Shown: positions 11,232-26,200 of the stretch, piece by piece | Numbering within the stretch: the stretch's first letter is position 1 | Layout of the letters: each line of letters opens with the position of its first letter | DNA from: Auanema rhodensis | Taxonomy: Eukaryota > Animalia > Nematoda | NCBI GenBank assembly: GCA_964057225.1 | Contig: OZ059897.1 | Coordinates: forward strand, 19,282,001-19,346,000 | Length of the DNA: 64,000 nt | Reading direction: 5' to 3' | Notes under the pieces: generated by a model | Seen by the model: the letters and a program-made list of their open reading frames with translations, nothing else | Told to the model about the DNA's origin: nothing | Database searches by the model: none | Translations under genes and position numbers: made by a program

Positions 11232-14200
11232 CGCTTAATACAAAAATTAGTTATGATCGTTTGAAAAATGATGCATTAGTGTATGTTGAGTTTCCATGTA
11301 CACTCAACATTGCTTCCAAAAACATTTTGACAAAAATTTTTTCGAAAAATTTCAAAATAATTTAGCAAAAAGTAGATGTTTTTAGATTTCTTTTTTCAAG
11401 GCAAAGACGATGGACAATGTTATTCAACGAAAAAATTAATTCTTCAGGGTGAAAATCGAGGATATAAGTGTAAACTTATATCAGTTGATATCTCGGTGCA
11501 TTTTTAAGCTAGCGCAAATCTGATAACACAGATCGACGCAGCTTAAAAATCCGCATCGAATGCACTATACTACATTGAGAAACGCTTAATACGAAAATTA
11601 GTTATGATCGTTTGAAAAATGATGCATTAGTGTATGTTGAGTTTCCATGTACACTCAACATTGCTTCCAAAAACATTTTGACAAAAATTTTTTCGAAAAA
11701 TTTCAAAATAATTTAGCAAAAAGTAGATGTTTTTAGATTCCTTTTTTCAAGGCAAAGACGATGGACAATGTTATTCAACGAAAAAATTAATTCTTCAGGG
11801 TGAAAATCGAGGATATAAGTGTAAACTTATATCAGTTGATATCTCGGTGCATTTTTAAGCTAGCGCAAATCTGATAACACAGATCGACGCAGCTTAAAAA
11901 TCCGCATCGAATGCACTATACTACATTGAGAAACGCTTAATACGAAAATTAGTTATGATCGTTTGAAAAATGATGCATTAGTGTATGTTGAGTTTCCATG
12001 TACACTCAACATTGCTTCCAAAAACATTTTGACAAAAATTTTTTCGAAAAATTTCAAAATAATTTAGCAAAAAGTAGATGTTTTTAGATTCCTTTTTTCA
12101 AGGCAAAGACGATGGACAATGTTATTCAACGAAAAAATTAATTCTTCAGGGTGAAAATCGAGGATATAAGTGTAAACTTATATCAGTTGATATCTCGGTG
12201 CATTTTTAAGCTAGCGCAAATCTGATAACACAGATCGACGCAGCTTAAAAATCCGCATCGAATGCACTATACTACATTGAGAAACGCTTAATACAAAAAT
12301 TAGTTATGATCGTTTGAAAAATGATGCATTAGTGTATGTTGAGTTTCCATGTACACTCAACATTGCTTCCAAAAACATTTTGACAAAAATTTTTTCGAAA
12401 AATTTCAAAATAATTTAGCAAAAAGTAGATGTTTTTAGATTCCTTTTTTCAAGGCAAAGACGATGGACAATGTTATTCAACGAAAAAATTAATTATTCAG
12501 GGTGAAAATCGAGGATATAAGTGTGAACTTATATCAGTTGATATCTCGGTACATTTTTAAGCTAGCGCAAATCTGATAACACAGATCGACGCAGCTTAAA
12601 AATCCGCATCGAATGCACTATACTACATGGAAGAACGCTTAATACAAAAATTAGTTATGATCGTTTGAAAAATGATGCATTAGTGTATGTTGAGTTTCCA
12701 TGTACACTCAACATTGCTTCCAAAAACATTTTGACAAAAATTTTTTCGAAAAATTTCAAAATAATTTAGCAAAAAGTAGATGTTTTTAGATTCCTTTTTT
12801 CAAGGCGAAGACGATGGACAATGTTATTCAACGAAAAAATTATTTCTTCAGGGTGAAAATCGAGGATATAAGTGTGAACTTATATCAGTTGATATATCGG
12901 TGCATTTTTAAGCTAGCGCAAATCTGATAACACAGATCGACGCAGCTTAAAAATCCGCATCGAATGCACTATACTACATTGAGAAACACTTAATACAAAA
13001 ATTAGTTATGATCGTTTGAAAAATGATGCATTAGTGTATGTTGAGTTTCCATGTACACTCAACATTGCTTCCAAAAACATTTTGACAAAAATTTTTTCGA
13101 AAAATTTCAAAATAATTTAGCAAAAAGTAGATGTTTTTAGATTCCTTTTTTCAAGGCAAAGACGATGGACAATGTTATTCAACGGAAAAATTAATTCTTC
13201 AGGGTGAAAATCGAGGATATAAGTGTGAACTTATATCAGTTGATATCTCGGTACATTTTTAAGCTAGCGCAAATCTGATAACACAGATCGACGCAGCTTA
13301 AAAATCCGCATCGAATGCACTATACTACATGGAAGAACGCTTAATACAAAAATTAGTTATGATCGTTTGAAAAATGATGCATTAGTGTATGTTGAGTTTC
13401 CATGTACACTCAACATTGCTTCCAAAAACATTTTGACAAAAATTTTTTCGAAAAATTTCAAAATAATTTAGCAAAAAGTAGATGTTTTTAGATTCCTTTT
13501 TTCAAGGCGAAGACGATGGACAATGTTATTCAACGAAAAAATTATTTCTTCAGGGTGAAAATCGAGGATATAAGTGTGAACTTATATCAGTTGATATATC
13601 GGTGCATTTTTAAGCTAGCGCAAATCTGATAACACAGATCGACGCAGCTTAAAAATCCGCATCGAATGCACTATACTACATTGAGAAACGCTTAATACAA
13701 AAATTAGTTATGATCGTTTGAAAAATGATGCATTAGTGTATGTTGAGTTTCCATGTACACTCAACATTGCTTCCAAAAACATTTTGACAAAAATTTTTTC
13801 AAAAAATTTCAAAATAATTTAGCAAAAAGTAGATGTTTTTAGATTCCTTTTTTCAAGGCAAAGACGATGGACAATGTTATTCAACGAAAAAATTAATTCT
13901 TCAGGGTGAAAATCGAGGATATAAGTGTGAACTTATATCAGTTGATATCTCGGTACATTTTTAAGCTAGCGCAAATCTGATAACACAGATCGACGCAGCT
14001 TAAAAATCCGCATCGAATGCACTATACTACATGGAAGAACGCTTAATACAAAAATTAGTTATGATCGTTTGAAAAATGATGCATTAGTGTATGTTGAGTT
14101 TCCATGTACACTCAACATTGCTTCCAAAAACATTTTGACAAAAATTTTTTCGAAAAATTTCAAAATAATTTAGCAAAAAGTAGATGTTTTTAGATTCCTT

Positions 14201-17200
14201 TTTTCAAGGCAAAGACGATGGACAATGTTATTTAACGAAAAAATTAATTCTTCAGGGTGAAAATCGAGGATATAAGTGTAAACTTATATCAGTTGATATC
14301 TCGGTGCATTTTTAAGCTAGCGCAAATCTGATAACACAGATCGACGCAGCTTAAAAATCCGCATCGAATGCACTATACTATATGGAAGAACGCTTAATAC
14401 AAAAATTAGTTATGATCGTTTGAAAAATGATGCATTAGTGTATGTTGAGTTTCCATGTACACTCAACATTGCTTCCAAAAACATTTTGACAAAAATTTTT
14501 TCGAAAAATTTCAAAATAATTTAGCAAAAAGTAGATGTTTTTAGATTCCTTTTTTCAAGGCAAAGACGATGGACAATGTTATTCAACGAAAAAATTAATT
14601 CTTCAGGGTGAAAATCGAGGATATAAGTGTAAACTTATATCAGTTGATATCTCGGTGCATTTTTAAGCTAGCGCAAATCTGATAACACAGATCGACGCAG
14701 CTTAAAAATCCGCATCGAATGCACTATACTACATTGAGAAACGCTTAATACGAAAATTAGTTATGATCGTTTGAAAAATGATGCATTAGTGTATGTTGAG
14801 TTTCCATGTACACTCAACATTGCTTCCAAAAACATTTTGACAAAAATTTTTTCGAAAAATTTCAAAATAATTTAGCAAAAAGTAGATGTTTTTAGATTCC
14901 TTTTTTCAAGGCAAAGACGATGGACAATGTTATTCAACGAAAAAATTAATTCTTCAGGGTGAAAATCGAGGATATAAGTGTAAACTTATATCAGTTGATA
15001 TCTCGGTGCATTTTTAAGCTAGCGCAAATCTGATAACACAGATCGACGCAGCTTAAAAATCCGCATCGAATGCACTATACTACATTGAGAAACGCTTAAT
15101 ACAAAAATTAGTTATGATCGTTTGAAAAATGATGCATTAGTGTATGTTGAGTTTCCATGTACACTCAACATTGCTTCCAAAAACATTTTGACAAAAATTT
15201 TTTCGAAAAATTTCAAAATAATTTAGCGAAAAGTAGATGTTTTTAGATTCCTTTTTTCAAGGCAAAGACGATGGACAATGTTATTCAACGAAAAAATTAA
15301 TTCTTCAGGGTGAAAATCAAGGATATAAGTGTGAACTTATATCAGTTGATATCTCGGTACATTTTTAAGCTAGCGCAAATCTGATAACACAGATCGACGC
15401 AGCTTAAAAATCCGCATCGAATGCACTATACTACATTGAGAAACGCTTAATACGAAAATTAGTTATGATCGTTTGAAAAATGATGCATTAGTGTATGTTG
15501 AGTTTCCATGTACACTCAACATTGCTTCCAAAAACATTTTGACAAAAATTTTTTCGAAAAATTTCAAAATAATTTAGCAAAAAGTAGATGTTTTTAGATT
15601 CCTTTTTTCAAGGCAAAGACGATGGACAATGTTATTCAACGAAAAAATTAATTCTTCAGGGTGAAAATCGAGGATATAAGTGTAAACTTATATCAGTTGA
15701 TATCTCGGTGCATTTTTAAGCTAGCGCAAATCTGATAACACAGATCGACGCAGCTTAAAAATCCGCATCGAATGCACTATACTACATTGAGAAACGCTTA
15801 ATACAAAAATTAGTTATGATCGTTTGAAAAATGATGCATTAGTGTATGTTGAGTTTCCATGTACACTCAACATTGCTTCCAAAAACATTTTGACAAAAAT
15901 TTTTTCGAAAAATTTCAAAATAATTTAGCAAAAAGTAGATGTTTTTAGATTCCTTTTTTCAAGGCAAAGACGATGGACAATGTTATTTAACGAAAAAATT
16001 AATTCTTCAGGGTGAAAATCGAGGATATAAGTGTAAACTTATATCAGTTGATATCTCGGTGCATTTTTAAGCTAGCGCAAATCTGATAACACAGATCGAC
16101 GCAGCTTAAAAATCCGCATCGAATGCACTATACTATATGGAAGAACGCTTAATACAAAAATTAGTTATGATCGTTTGAAAAATTATGCATTAGTGTATGT
16201 TGAGTTTCCATGTACACTCAACATTGCTTCCAAAAACATTTTGACAAAAATTTTTTCGAAAAATTTCAAAATAATTTAGCAAAAAGTAGATGTTTTTAGA
16301 TTCCTTTTTTCAAGGCAAAGACGATGGACAATGTTATTCAACGAAAAAATTAATTCTTCAGGGTGAAAATCGAGGATATAAGTGTAAACTTATATCAGTT
16401 GATATCTCGGTGCATTTTTAAGCTAGCGCAAATCTGATAACACAGATCGACGCAGCTTAAAAATCCGCATCGAATGCACTATACTACATTGAGAAACGCT
16501 TAATACGAAAATTAGTTATGATCGTTTGAAAAATGATGCATTAGTGTATGTTGAGTTTCCATGTACACTCAACATTGCTTCCAAAAACATTTTGACAAAA
16601 ATTTTTTCGAAAAATTTCAAAATAATTTAGCAAAAAGTAGATGTTTTTAGATTCCTTTTTTCAAGGCAAAGACGATGGACAATGTTATTCAACGAAAAAA
16701 TTAATTCTTCAGGGTGAAAATCGAGGATATAAGTGTAAACTTATATCAGTTGATATCTCGGTGCATTTTTAAGCTAGCGCAAATCTGATAACACAGATCG
16801 ACGCAGCTTAAAAATCCGCATCGAATGCACTATACTACATTGAGAAACGCTTAATACAAAAATTAGTTATGATCGTTTGAAAAATGATGCATTAGTGTAT
16901 GTTGAGTTTCCATGTACACTCAACATTGCTTCCAAAAACATTTTGACAAAAATTTTTTCGAAAAATTTCAAAATAATTTAGCGAAAAGTAGATGTTTTTA
17001 GATTCCTTTTTTCAAGGCAAAGACGATGGACAATGTTATTCAACGAAAAAATTAATTCTTCAGGGTGAAAATCAAGGATATAAGTGTGAACTTATATCAG
17101 TTGATATCTCGGTACATTTTTAAGCTAGCGCAAATCTGATAACACAGATCGACGCAGCTTAAAAATCCGCATCGAATGCACTATACTACATTGAGAAACG

Positions 17201-20200
17201 CTTAATACGAAAATTAGTTATGATCGTTTGAAAAATGATGCATTAGTGTATGTTGAGTTTCCATGTACACTCAACATTGCTTCCAAAAACATTTTGACAA
17301 AACTTTTTTCGAAAAATTTCAAAATAATTTAGCAAAAAGTAGATGTTTTTAGATTCCTTTTTTCAAGGCAAAGACGATGGACAATGTTATTCAACGAAAA
17401 AATTAATTCTTCAGGGTGAAAATCGAGGATATAAGTGTAAACTTATATCAGTTGATATCTCGGTGCATTTTTAAGCTAGCGCAAATCTGATAACACAGAT
17501 CGACGCAGCTTAAAAATCCGCATCGAATGCACTATACTACATTGAGAAACGCTTAATACAAAAATTAGTTATGATCGTTTGAAAAATGATGCATTAGTGT
17601 ATGTTGAGTTTCCATGTACACTCAACATTGCTTCCAAAAACATTTTGACAAAAATTTTTTCGAAAAATTTCAAAATAATTTAGCAAAAAGTAGATGTTTT
17701 TAGATTCCTTTTTTCAAGGCAAAGACGATGGACAATGTTATTCAACGAAAAAATTAATTCTTCAGGGTGAAAATCGAGGATATAAGTGTGAACTTATATC
17801 AGTTGATATCTCGGTACATTTTTAAGCTAGCGCAAATCTGATAACACAGATCGACGCAGCTTAAAAATCCGCATCGAATGCACTATACTACATGGAAGAA
17901 CGCTTAATACAAAAATTAGTTATGATCGTTTGAAAAATGATGCATTAGTGTATGTTGAGTTTCCATGTACACTCAACATTGCTTCCAAAAACATTTTGAC
18001 AAAAATTTTTTCGAAAAATTTCAAAATAATTTAGCAAAAAGTAGATGTTTTTAGATTCCTTTTTTCAAGGCGAAGACGATGGACAATGTTATTCAACGAA
18101 AAAATTATTTCTTCAGGGTGAAAATCGAGGATATAAGTGTGAACTTATATCAGTTGATATATCGGTGCATTTTTAAGCTAGCGCAAATCTGATAACACAG
18201 ATCGACGCAGCTTAAAAATCCGCATCGAATGCACTATACTACATTGAGAAACGCTTAATACAAAAATTAGTTATGATCGTTTGAAAAATGATGCATTAGT
18301 GTATGTTGAGTTTCCATGTACACTCAACATTGCTTCCAAAAACATTTTGACAAAAATTTTTTCAAAAAATTTCAAAATAATTTAGCAAAAAGTAGATGTT
18401 TTTAGATTCCTTTTTTCAAGGCAAAGACGATGGACAATGTTATTCAACGAAAAAATTAATTCTTCAGGGTGAAAATCGAGGATATAAGTGTGAATTTATA
18501 TCAGTTGATATCTCGGTACATTTTTAAGCTAGCGCAAATCTGATAACACAGATCGACGCAGCTTAAAAATCCGCATCGAATGCACTATACTACATTGAGA
18601 AACGCTTAATACAAAAATTAGTTATGATCGTTTGAAAAATGATGCATTAGTGTATGTTGAGTTTCCATGTACACTCAACATTGCTTCCAAAAACATTTTG
18701 ACAAAAATTTTTTCGAAAAATTTCAAAATAATTTAGCAAAAAGTAGATGTTTTTAGATTCCTTTTTTCAAGGCAAAGACGATGGACAATGTTATTCAACG
18801 AAAAAATTAATTCTTCAGGGTGAAAATCGAGGATATAAGTGTGAACTTATATCAGTTGATATCTCGGTACATTTTTAAGCTAGCGCAAATCTGATAACAC
18901 AGATCGACGCAGCTTAAAAATCCGCATCGAATGCACTATACTACATGGAAGAACGCTTAATACAAAAATTAGTTATGATCGTTTGAAAAATGATGCATTA
19001 GTGTATGTTGAGTTTCCATGTACACTCAACATTGCTTCCAAAAACATTTTGACAAAAATTTTTTCGAAAAATTTCAAAATAATTTAGCAAAAAGTAGATG
19101 TTTTTAGATTCCTTTTTTCAAGGCGAAGACGATGGACAATGTTATTCAACGAAAAAATTATTTCTTCAGGGTGAAAATCGAGGATATAAGTGTGAACTTA
19201 TATCAGTTGATATAACGGTGCATTTTTAAGCTAGCGCAAATCTGATAACACAGATCGACGCAGCTTAAAAATCCGCATCGAATGCACTATACTACATTGA
19301 GAAACGCTTAATACAAAAATTAGTTATGATCGTTTGAAAAATGATGCATTAGTGTATGTTGAGTTTCCATGTACACTCAACATTGCTTCCAAAAACATTT
19401 TGACAAAAATTTTTTCAAAAAATTTCAAAATAATTTAGCAAAAAGTAGATGTTTTTAGATTCCTTTTTTCAAGGCAAAGACGATGGACAATGTTATTCAA
19501 CGAAAAAATTAATTCTTCAGGGTGAAAATCGAGGATATAAGTGTGAACTTATATCAGTTGATATCTCGGTACATTTTTAGGCTAGCGCAAATCTGATAAC
19601 ACAGATCGACGCAGCTTAAAAATCCGCATCGAATGCACTATACTACATGGAAGAACGCTTAATACAAAAATTAGTTATGATCGTTTGAAAAATGATGCAT
19701 TAGTGTATGTTGAGTTTCCATGTACACTCAACATTGCTTCCAAAAACATTTTGACAAAAATTTTTTCGAAAAATTTCAAAATAATTTAGCAAAAAGTAGA
19801 TGTTTTTAGATTCCTTTTTTCAAGGCAAAGACGATGGACAATGTTATTCAACGAAAAAATTAATTCTTCAGGGTGAAAATCGAGGATATAAGTGTAAACT
19901 TATATCAGTTGATATCTCGGTGCATTTGTAAGCTAGCGCAAATCTGATAACACAGATCGACGCAGCTTAAAAATCCGCATCGAATGCACTATACTACATT
20001 GAGAAACGCTTAATACAAAAATTAGTTATGATCGTTTGAAAAATGATGCATTAGTGTATGTTGAGTTTCCATGTACACTCAACATTGCTTCCAAAAACAT
20101 TTTGACAAAAATTTTTTCGAAAAATTTCAAAATAATTTAGCAAAAAGTAGATGTTTTTAGATTCCTTTTTTCAAGGCAAAGACGATGGACAATGTTATTT

Positions 20201-23200
20201 AACGAAAAAATTAATTCTTCAGGGTGAAAATCGAGGATATAAGTGTAAACTTATATCAGTTGATATCTCGGTGCATTTTTAAGCTAGCGCAAATCTGATA
20301 ACACAGATCGACGCAGCTTAAAAATCCGCATCGAATGCACTATACTATATGGAAGAACGCTTAATACAAAAATTAGTTATGATCGTTTGAAAAATGATGC
20401 ATTAGTGTATGTTGAGTTTCCATGTACACTCAACATTGCTTCCAAAAACATTTTGACAAAAATTTTTTCGAAAAATTTCGAAATAATTTAGCAAAAAGTA
20501 GATGTTTTTAGATTCCTTTTTTCAAGGCAAAGACGATGGACAATGTTATTCAACGAAAAAATTAATTCTTCAGGGTGAAAATCGAGGATATAAGTGTAAA
20601 CTTATATCAGTTGATATCTCGGTGCATTTTTAAGCTAGCGCAAATCTGATAACACAGATCGACGCAGCTTAAAAATCCGCATCGAATGCACTATACTACA
20701 TTGAGAAACGCTTAATACGAAAATTAGTTATGATCGTTTGAAAAATGATGCATTAGTGTATGTTGAGTTTCCATGTACACTCAACATTGCTTCCAAAAAC
20801 ATTTTGACAAAAATTTTTTCGAAAAATTTCAAAATAATTTAGCAAAAAGTAGATGTTTTTAGATTCCTTTTTTCAAGGCAAAGACGATGGACAATGTTAT
20901 TCAACGAAAAAATTATTTCTTCAGGGTGAAAATCGAGGATATAAGTGTAAACTTATATCAGTTGATATCTCGGTGCATTTTTAAGCTAGCGCAAATCTGA
21001 TAACACAGATCGACGCAGCTTAAAAATCCGCATCGAATGCACTATACTACATTGAGAAACGCTTAATACAAAAATTAGTTATGATCGTTTGAAAAATGAT
21101 GCATTAGTGTATGTTGAGTTTCCATGTACACTCAACATTGCTTCCAAAAACATTTTGACAAAAATTTTTTCGAAAAATTTCAAAATAATTTAGCGAAAAG
21201 TAGATGTTTTTAGATTCCTTTTTTCAAGGCAAAGACGATGGACAATGTTATTCAACGAAAAAATTAATTCTTCAGGGTGAAAATCGAGGATATAAGTGTA
21301 AACTTATATCAGTTGATATCTCGGTGCATTTTTAAGCTAGCGCAAATCTGATAACACAGATCGACGCAGCTTAAAAATCCGCATCGAATGCACTATACTA
21401 CATTGAGAAACGCTTAATACAAAAATTAGTTATGATCGTTTGAAAAATGATGCATTAGTGTATGTTGAGTTTCCATGTACACTCAACATTGCTTCCAAAA
21501 ACATTTTGACAAAACTTTTTTCGAAAAATTTCAAAATAATTTAGCAAAAAGTAGATGTTTTTAGATTCCTTTTTTCAAGGCGAAGACGATGGACAATGTT
21601 ATTCAACGAAAAAATTAATTCTTCAGGGTGAAAATCGAGGATATAAGTGTAAACTTATATCAGTTGATATCTCGGTGCATTTTTAAGCTAGCGCAAATCT
21701 GATAACACAGATCGACGCAGCTTAAAAATCCGCATCGAATGCACTATACTACATTGAGAAACGCTTAATACAAAAATTAGTTATGATCGTTTGAAAAATG
21801 ATGCATTAGTGTATGTTGAGTTTCCATGTACACTCAACATTGCTTCCAAAAACATTTTGACAAAAATTTTTTCGAAAAATTTCAAAATAATTTAGCAAAA
21901 AGTAGATGTTTTTAGATTCCTTTTTTCAAGGCAAAGACGATGGACAATGTTATTCAACGAAAAAATTAATTCTTCAGGGTGAAAATCGAGGATATAAGTG
22001 TGAACTTATATCAGTTGATATCTCGGTACATTTTTAAGCTAGCGCAAATCTGATAACACAGATCGACGCAGCTTAAAAATCCGCATCGAATGCACTATAC
22101 TACATGGAAGAACGCTTAATACAAAAATTAGTTATGATCGTTTGAAAAATGATGCATTAGTGTATGTTGAGTTTCCATGTACACTCAACATTGCTTCCAA
22201 AAACATTTTGACAAAAATTTTTTCGAAAAATTTCAAAATAATTTAGCAAAAAGTAGATGTTTTTAGATTCCTTTTTTCAAGGCGAAGACGATGGACAATG
22301 TTATTCAACGAAAAAATTATTTCTTCAGGGTGAAAATCGAGGATATAAGTGTGAACTTATATCAGTTGATATATCGGTGCATTTTTAAGCTAGCGCAAAT
22401 CTGATAACACAGATCGACGCAGCTTAAAAATCCGCATCGAATGCACTATACTACATTGAGAAACGCTTAATACAAAAATTAGTTATGATCGTTTGAAAAA
22501 TGATGCATTAGTGTATGTTGAGTTTCCATGTACACTCAACATTGCTTCCAAAAACATTTTGACAAAAATTTTTTCAAAAAATTTCAAAATAATTTAGCAA
22601 AAAGTAGATGTTTTTAGATTCCTTTTTTCAAGGCAAAGACGATGGACGATGTTATTCAACGAAAAAATTAATTCTTCAGGGTGAAAATCGAGGATATAAG
22701 TGTGAACTTATATCAGTTGATATCTCGGTACATTTTTAAGCTAGCGCAAATCTGATAACACAGATCGACGCAGCTTAAAAATCCGCATCGAATGCACTAT
22801 ACTACATGGAAGAACGCTTAATACAAAAATTAGTTATGATCGTTTGAAAAATGATGCATTAGTGTATGTTGAGTTTCCATGTACACTCAACATTGCTTCC
22901 AAAAACATTTTGACAAAAATTTTTTCGAAAAATTTCAAAATAATTTAGCAAAAAGTAGATGTTTTTAGATTCCTTTTTTCAAGGCAAAGACGATGGACAA
23001 TGTTATTTAACGAAAAAATTAATTCTTCAGGGTGAAAATCGAGGATATAAGTGTAAACTTATATCAGTTGATATCTCGGTGCATTTTTAAGCTAGCGCAA
23101 ATCTGATAACACAGATCGACGCAGCTTAAAAATCCGCATCGAATGCACTATACTACATTGAGAAACGCTTAATACAAAAATTAGTTATGATCGTTTGAAA

Positions 23201-26200
23201 AATGATGCATTAGTGTATGTTGAGTTTCCATGTACACTCAACATTGCTTCCAAAAACATTTTGACAAAAATTTTTTCGAAAAATTTCAAAATAATTTAGC
23301 AAAAAGTAGATGTTTTTAGATTCCTTTTTTCAAGGCAAAGACGATGGACAATGTTATTTAACGAAAAAATTAATTCTTCAGGGTGAAAATCGAGGATATA
23401 AGTGTAAACTTATATCAGTTGATATCTCGGTGCATTTTTAAGCTAGCGCAAATCTGATAACACAGATCGACGCAGCTTAAAAATCCGCATCGAATGCACT
23501 ATACTATATGGAAGAACGCTTAATACAAAAATTAGTTATGATCGTTTGAAAAATGATGCATTAGTGTATGTTGAGTTTCCATGTACACTCAACATTGCTT
23601 CCAAAAACATTTTGACAAAAATTTTTTCGAAAAATTTCGAAATAATTTAGCAAAAAGTAGATGTTTTTAGATTCCTTTTTTCAAGGCAAAGACGATGGAC
23701 AATGTTATTCAACGAAAAAATTAATTCTTCAGGGTGAAAATCGAGGATATAAGTGTAAACTTATATCAGTTGATATCTCGGTGCATTTTTAAGCTAGCGC
23801 AAATCTGATAACACAGATCGACGCAGCTTAAAAATCCGCATCGAATGCACTATACTACATTGAGAAACGCTTAATACGAAAATTAGTTATGATCGTTTGA
23901 AAAATGATGCATTAGTGTATGTTGAGTTTCCATGTACACTCAACATTGCTTCCAAAAACATTTTGACAAAAATTTTTTCGAAAAATTTCAAAATAATTTA
24001 GCAAAAAGTAGATGTTTTTAGATTCCTTTTTTCAAGGCAAAGACGATGGACAATGTTATTCAACGAAAAAATTATTTCTTCAGGGTGAAAATCGAGGATA
24101 TAAGTGTAAACTTATATCAGTTGATATCTCGGTGCATTTTTAAGCTAGCGCAAATCTGATAACACAGATCGACGCAGCTTAAAAATCCGCATCGAATGCA
24201 CTATACTACATTGAGAAACGCTTAATACAAAAATTAGTTATGATCGTTTGAAAAATGATGCATTAGTGTATGTTGAGTTTCCATGTACACTCAACATTGC
24301 TTCCAAAAACATTTTGACAAAAATTTTTTCGAAAAATTTCAAAATAATTTAGCGAAAAGTAGATGTTTTTAGATTCCTTTTTTCAAGGCAAAGACGATGG
24401 ACAATGTTATTCAACGAAAAAATTAATTCTTCAGGGTGAAAATCGAGGATATAAGTGTAAACTTATATCAGTTGATATCTCGGTGCATTTTTAAGCTAGC
24501 GCAAATCTGATAACACAGATCGACGCAGCTTAAAAATCCGCATCGAATGCACTATACTACATTGAGAAACGCTTAATACGAAAATTAGTTATGATCGTTT
24601 GAAAAATGATGCATTAGTGTATGTTGAGTTTCCATGTACACTCAACATTGCTTCCAAAAACATTTTGACAAAAATTTTTTCGAAAAATTTCAAAATAATT
24701 TAGCAAAAAGTAGATGTTTTTAGATTCCTTTTTTCAAGGCAAAGACGATGGACAATGTTATTCAACGAAAAAATTATTTCTTCAGGGTGAAAATCGAGGA
24801 TATAAGTGTAAACTTATATCAGTTGATATCTCGGTGCATTTTTAAGCTAGCGCAAATCTGATAACACAGATCGACGCAGCTTAAAAATCCGCATCGAATG
24901 CACTATACTACATTGAGAAACGCTTAATACAAAAATTAGTTATGATCGTTTGAAAAATGATGCATTAGTGTATGTTGAGTTTCCATGTACACTCAACATT
25001 GCTTCCAAAAACATTTTGACAAAAATTTTTTCGAAAAATTTCAAAATAATTTAGCGAAAAGTAGATGTTTTTAGATTCCTTTTTTCAAGGCAAAGACGAT
25101 GGACAATGTTATTCAACGAAAAAATTAATTCTTCAGGGTGAAAATCGAGGATATAAGTGTAAACTTATATCAGTTGATATCTCGGTGCATTTTTAAGCTA
25201 GCGCAAATCTGATAACACAGATCGACGCAGCTTAAAAATCCGCATCGAATGCACTATACTACATTGAGAAACGCTTAATACAAAAATTAGTTATGATCGT
25301 TTGAAAAATGATGCATTAGTGTATGTTGAGTTTCCATGTACACTCAACATTGCTTCCAAAAACATTTTGACAAAAATTTTTTCGAAAAATTTCAAAATAA
25401 TTTAGCAAAAAGTATATGTTTTTAGATTCCTTTTTTCAAGGCAAAGACGATGGACAATGTTATTCAACGAAAAAATTAATTCTTCAGGGTGAAAATCGAG
25501 GATATAAGTGTGAACTTATATCAGTTGATATCTCGGTACATTTTTAAGCTAGCGCAAATCTGATAACACAGATCGACGCAGCTTAAAAATCCGCATCGAA
25601 TGCACTATACTACATGGAAGAACGCTTAATACAAAAATTAGTTATGATCGTTTGAAAAATGATGCATTAGTGTATGTTGAGTTTCCATGTACACTCAACA
25701 TTGCTTCCAAAAACATTTTGACAAAAATTTTTTCGAAAAATTTCAAAATAATTTAGCAAAAAGTAGATGTTTTTAGATTCCTTTTTTCAAGGCGAAGACG
25801 ATGGACAATGTTATTCAACGAAAAAATTATTTCTTCAGGGTGAAAATCGAGGATATAAGTGTGAACTTATATCAGTTGATATATCGGTGCATTTTTAAGC
25901 TAGCGCAAATCTGATAACACAGATCGACGCAGCTTAAAAATCCGCATCGAATGCACTATACTACATTGAGAAACGCTTAATACAAAAATTAGTTATGATC
26001 GTTTGAAAAATGATGCATTAGTGTATGTTGAGTTTCCATGTACACTCAACATTGCTTCCAAAAACATTTTGACAAAAATTTTTTTAAAAAATTTCAAAAT
26101 AATTTAGCAAAAAGTAGATGTTTTTAGATTTCTTTTTTCAAGGCAAAGACGATGGACAATGTTATTCAACGAAAAAATTAATTCTTCAGGGTGAAAATCG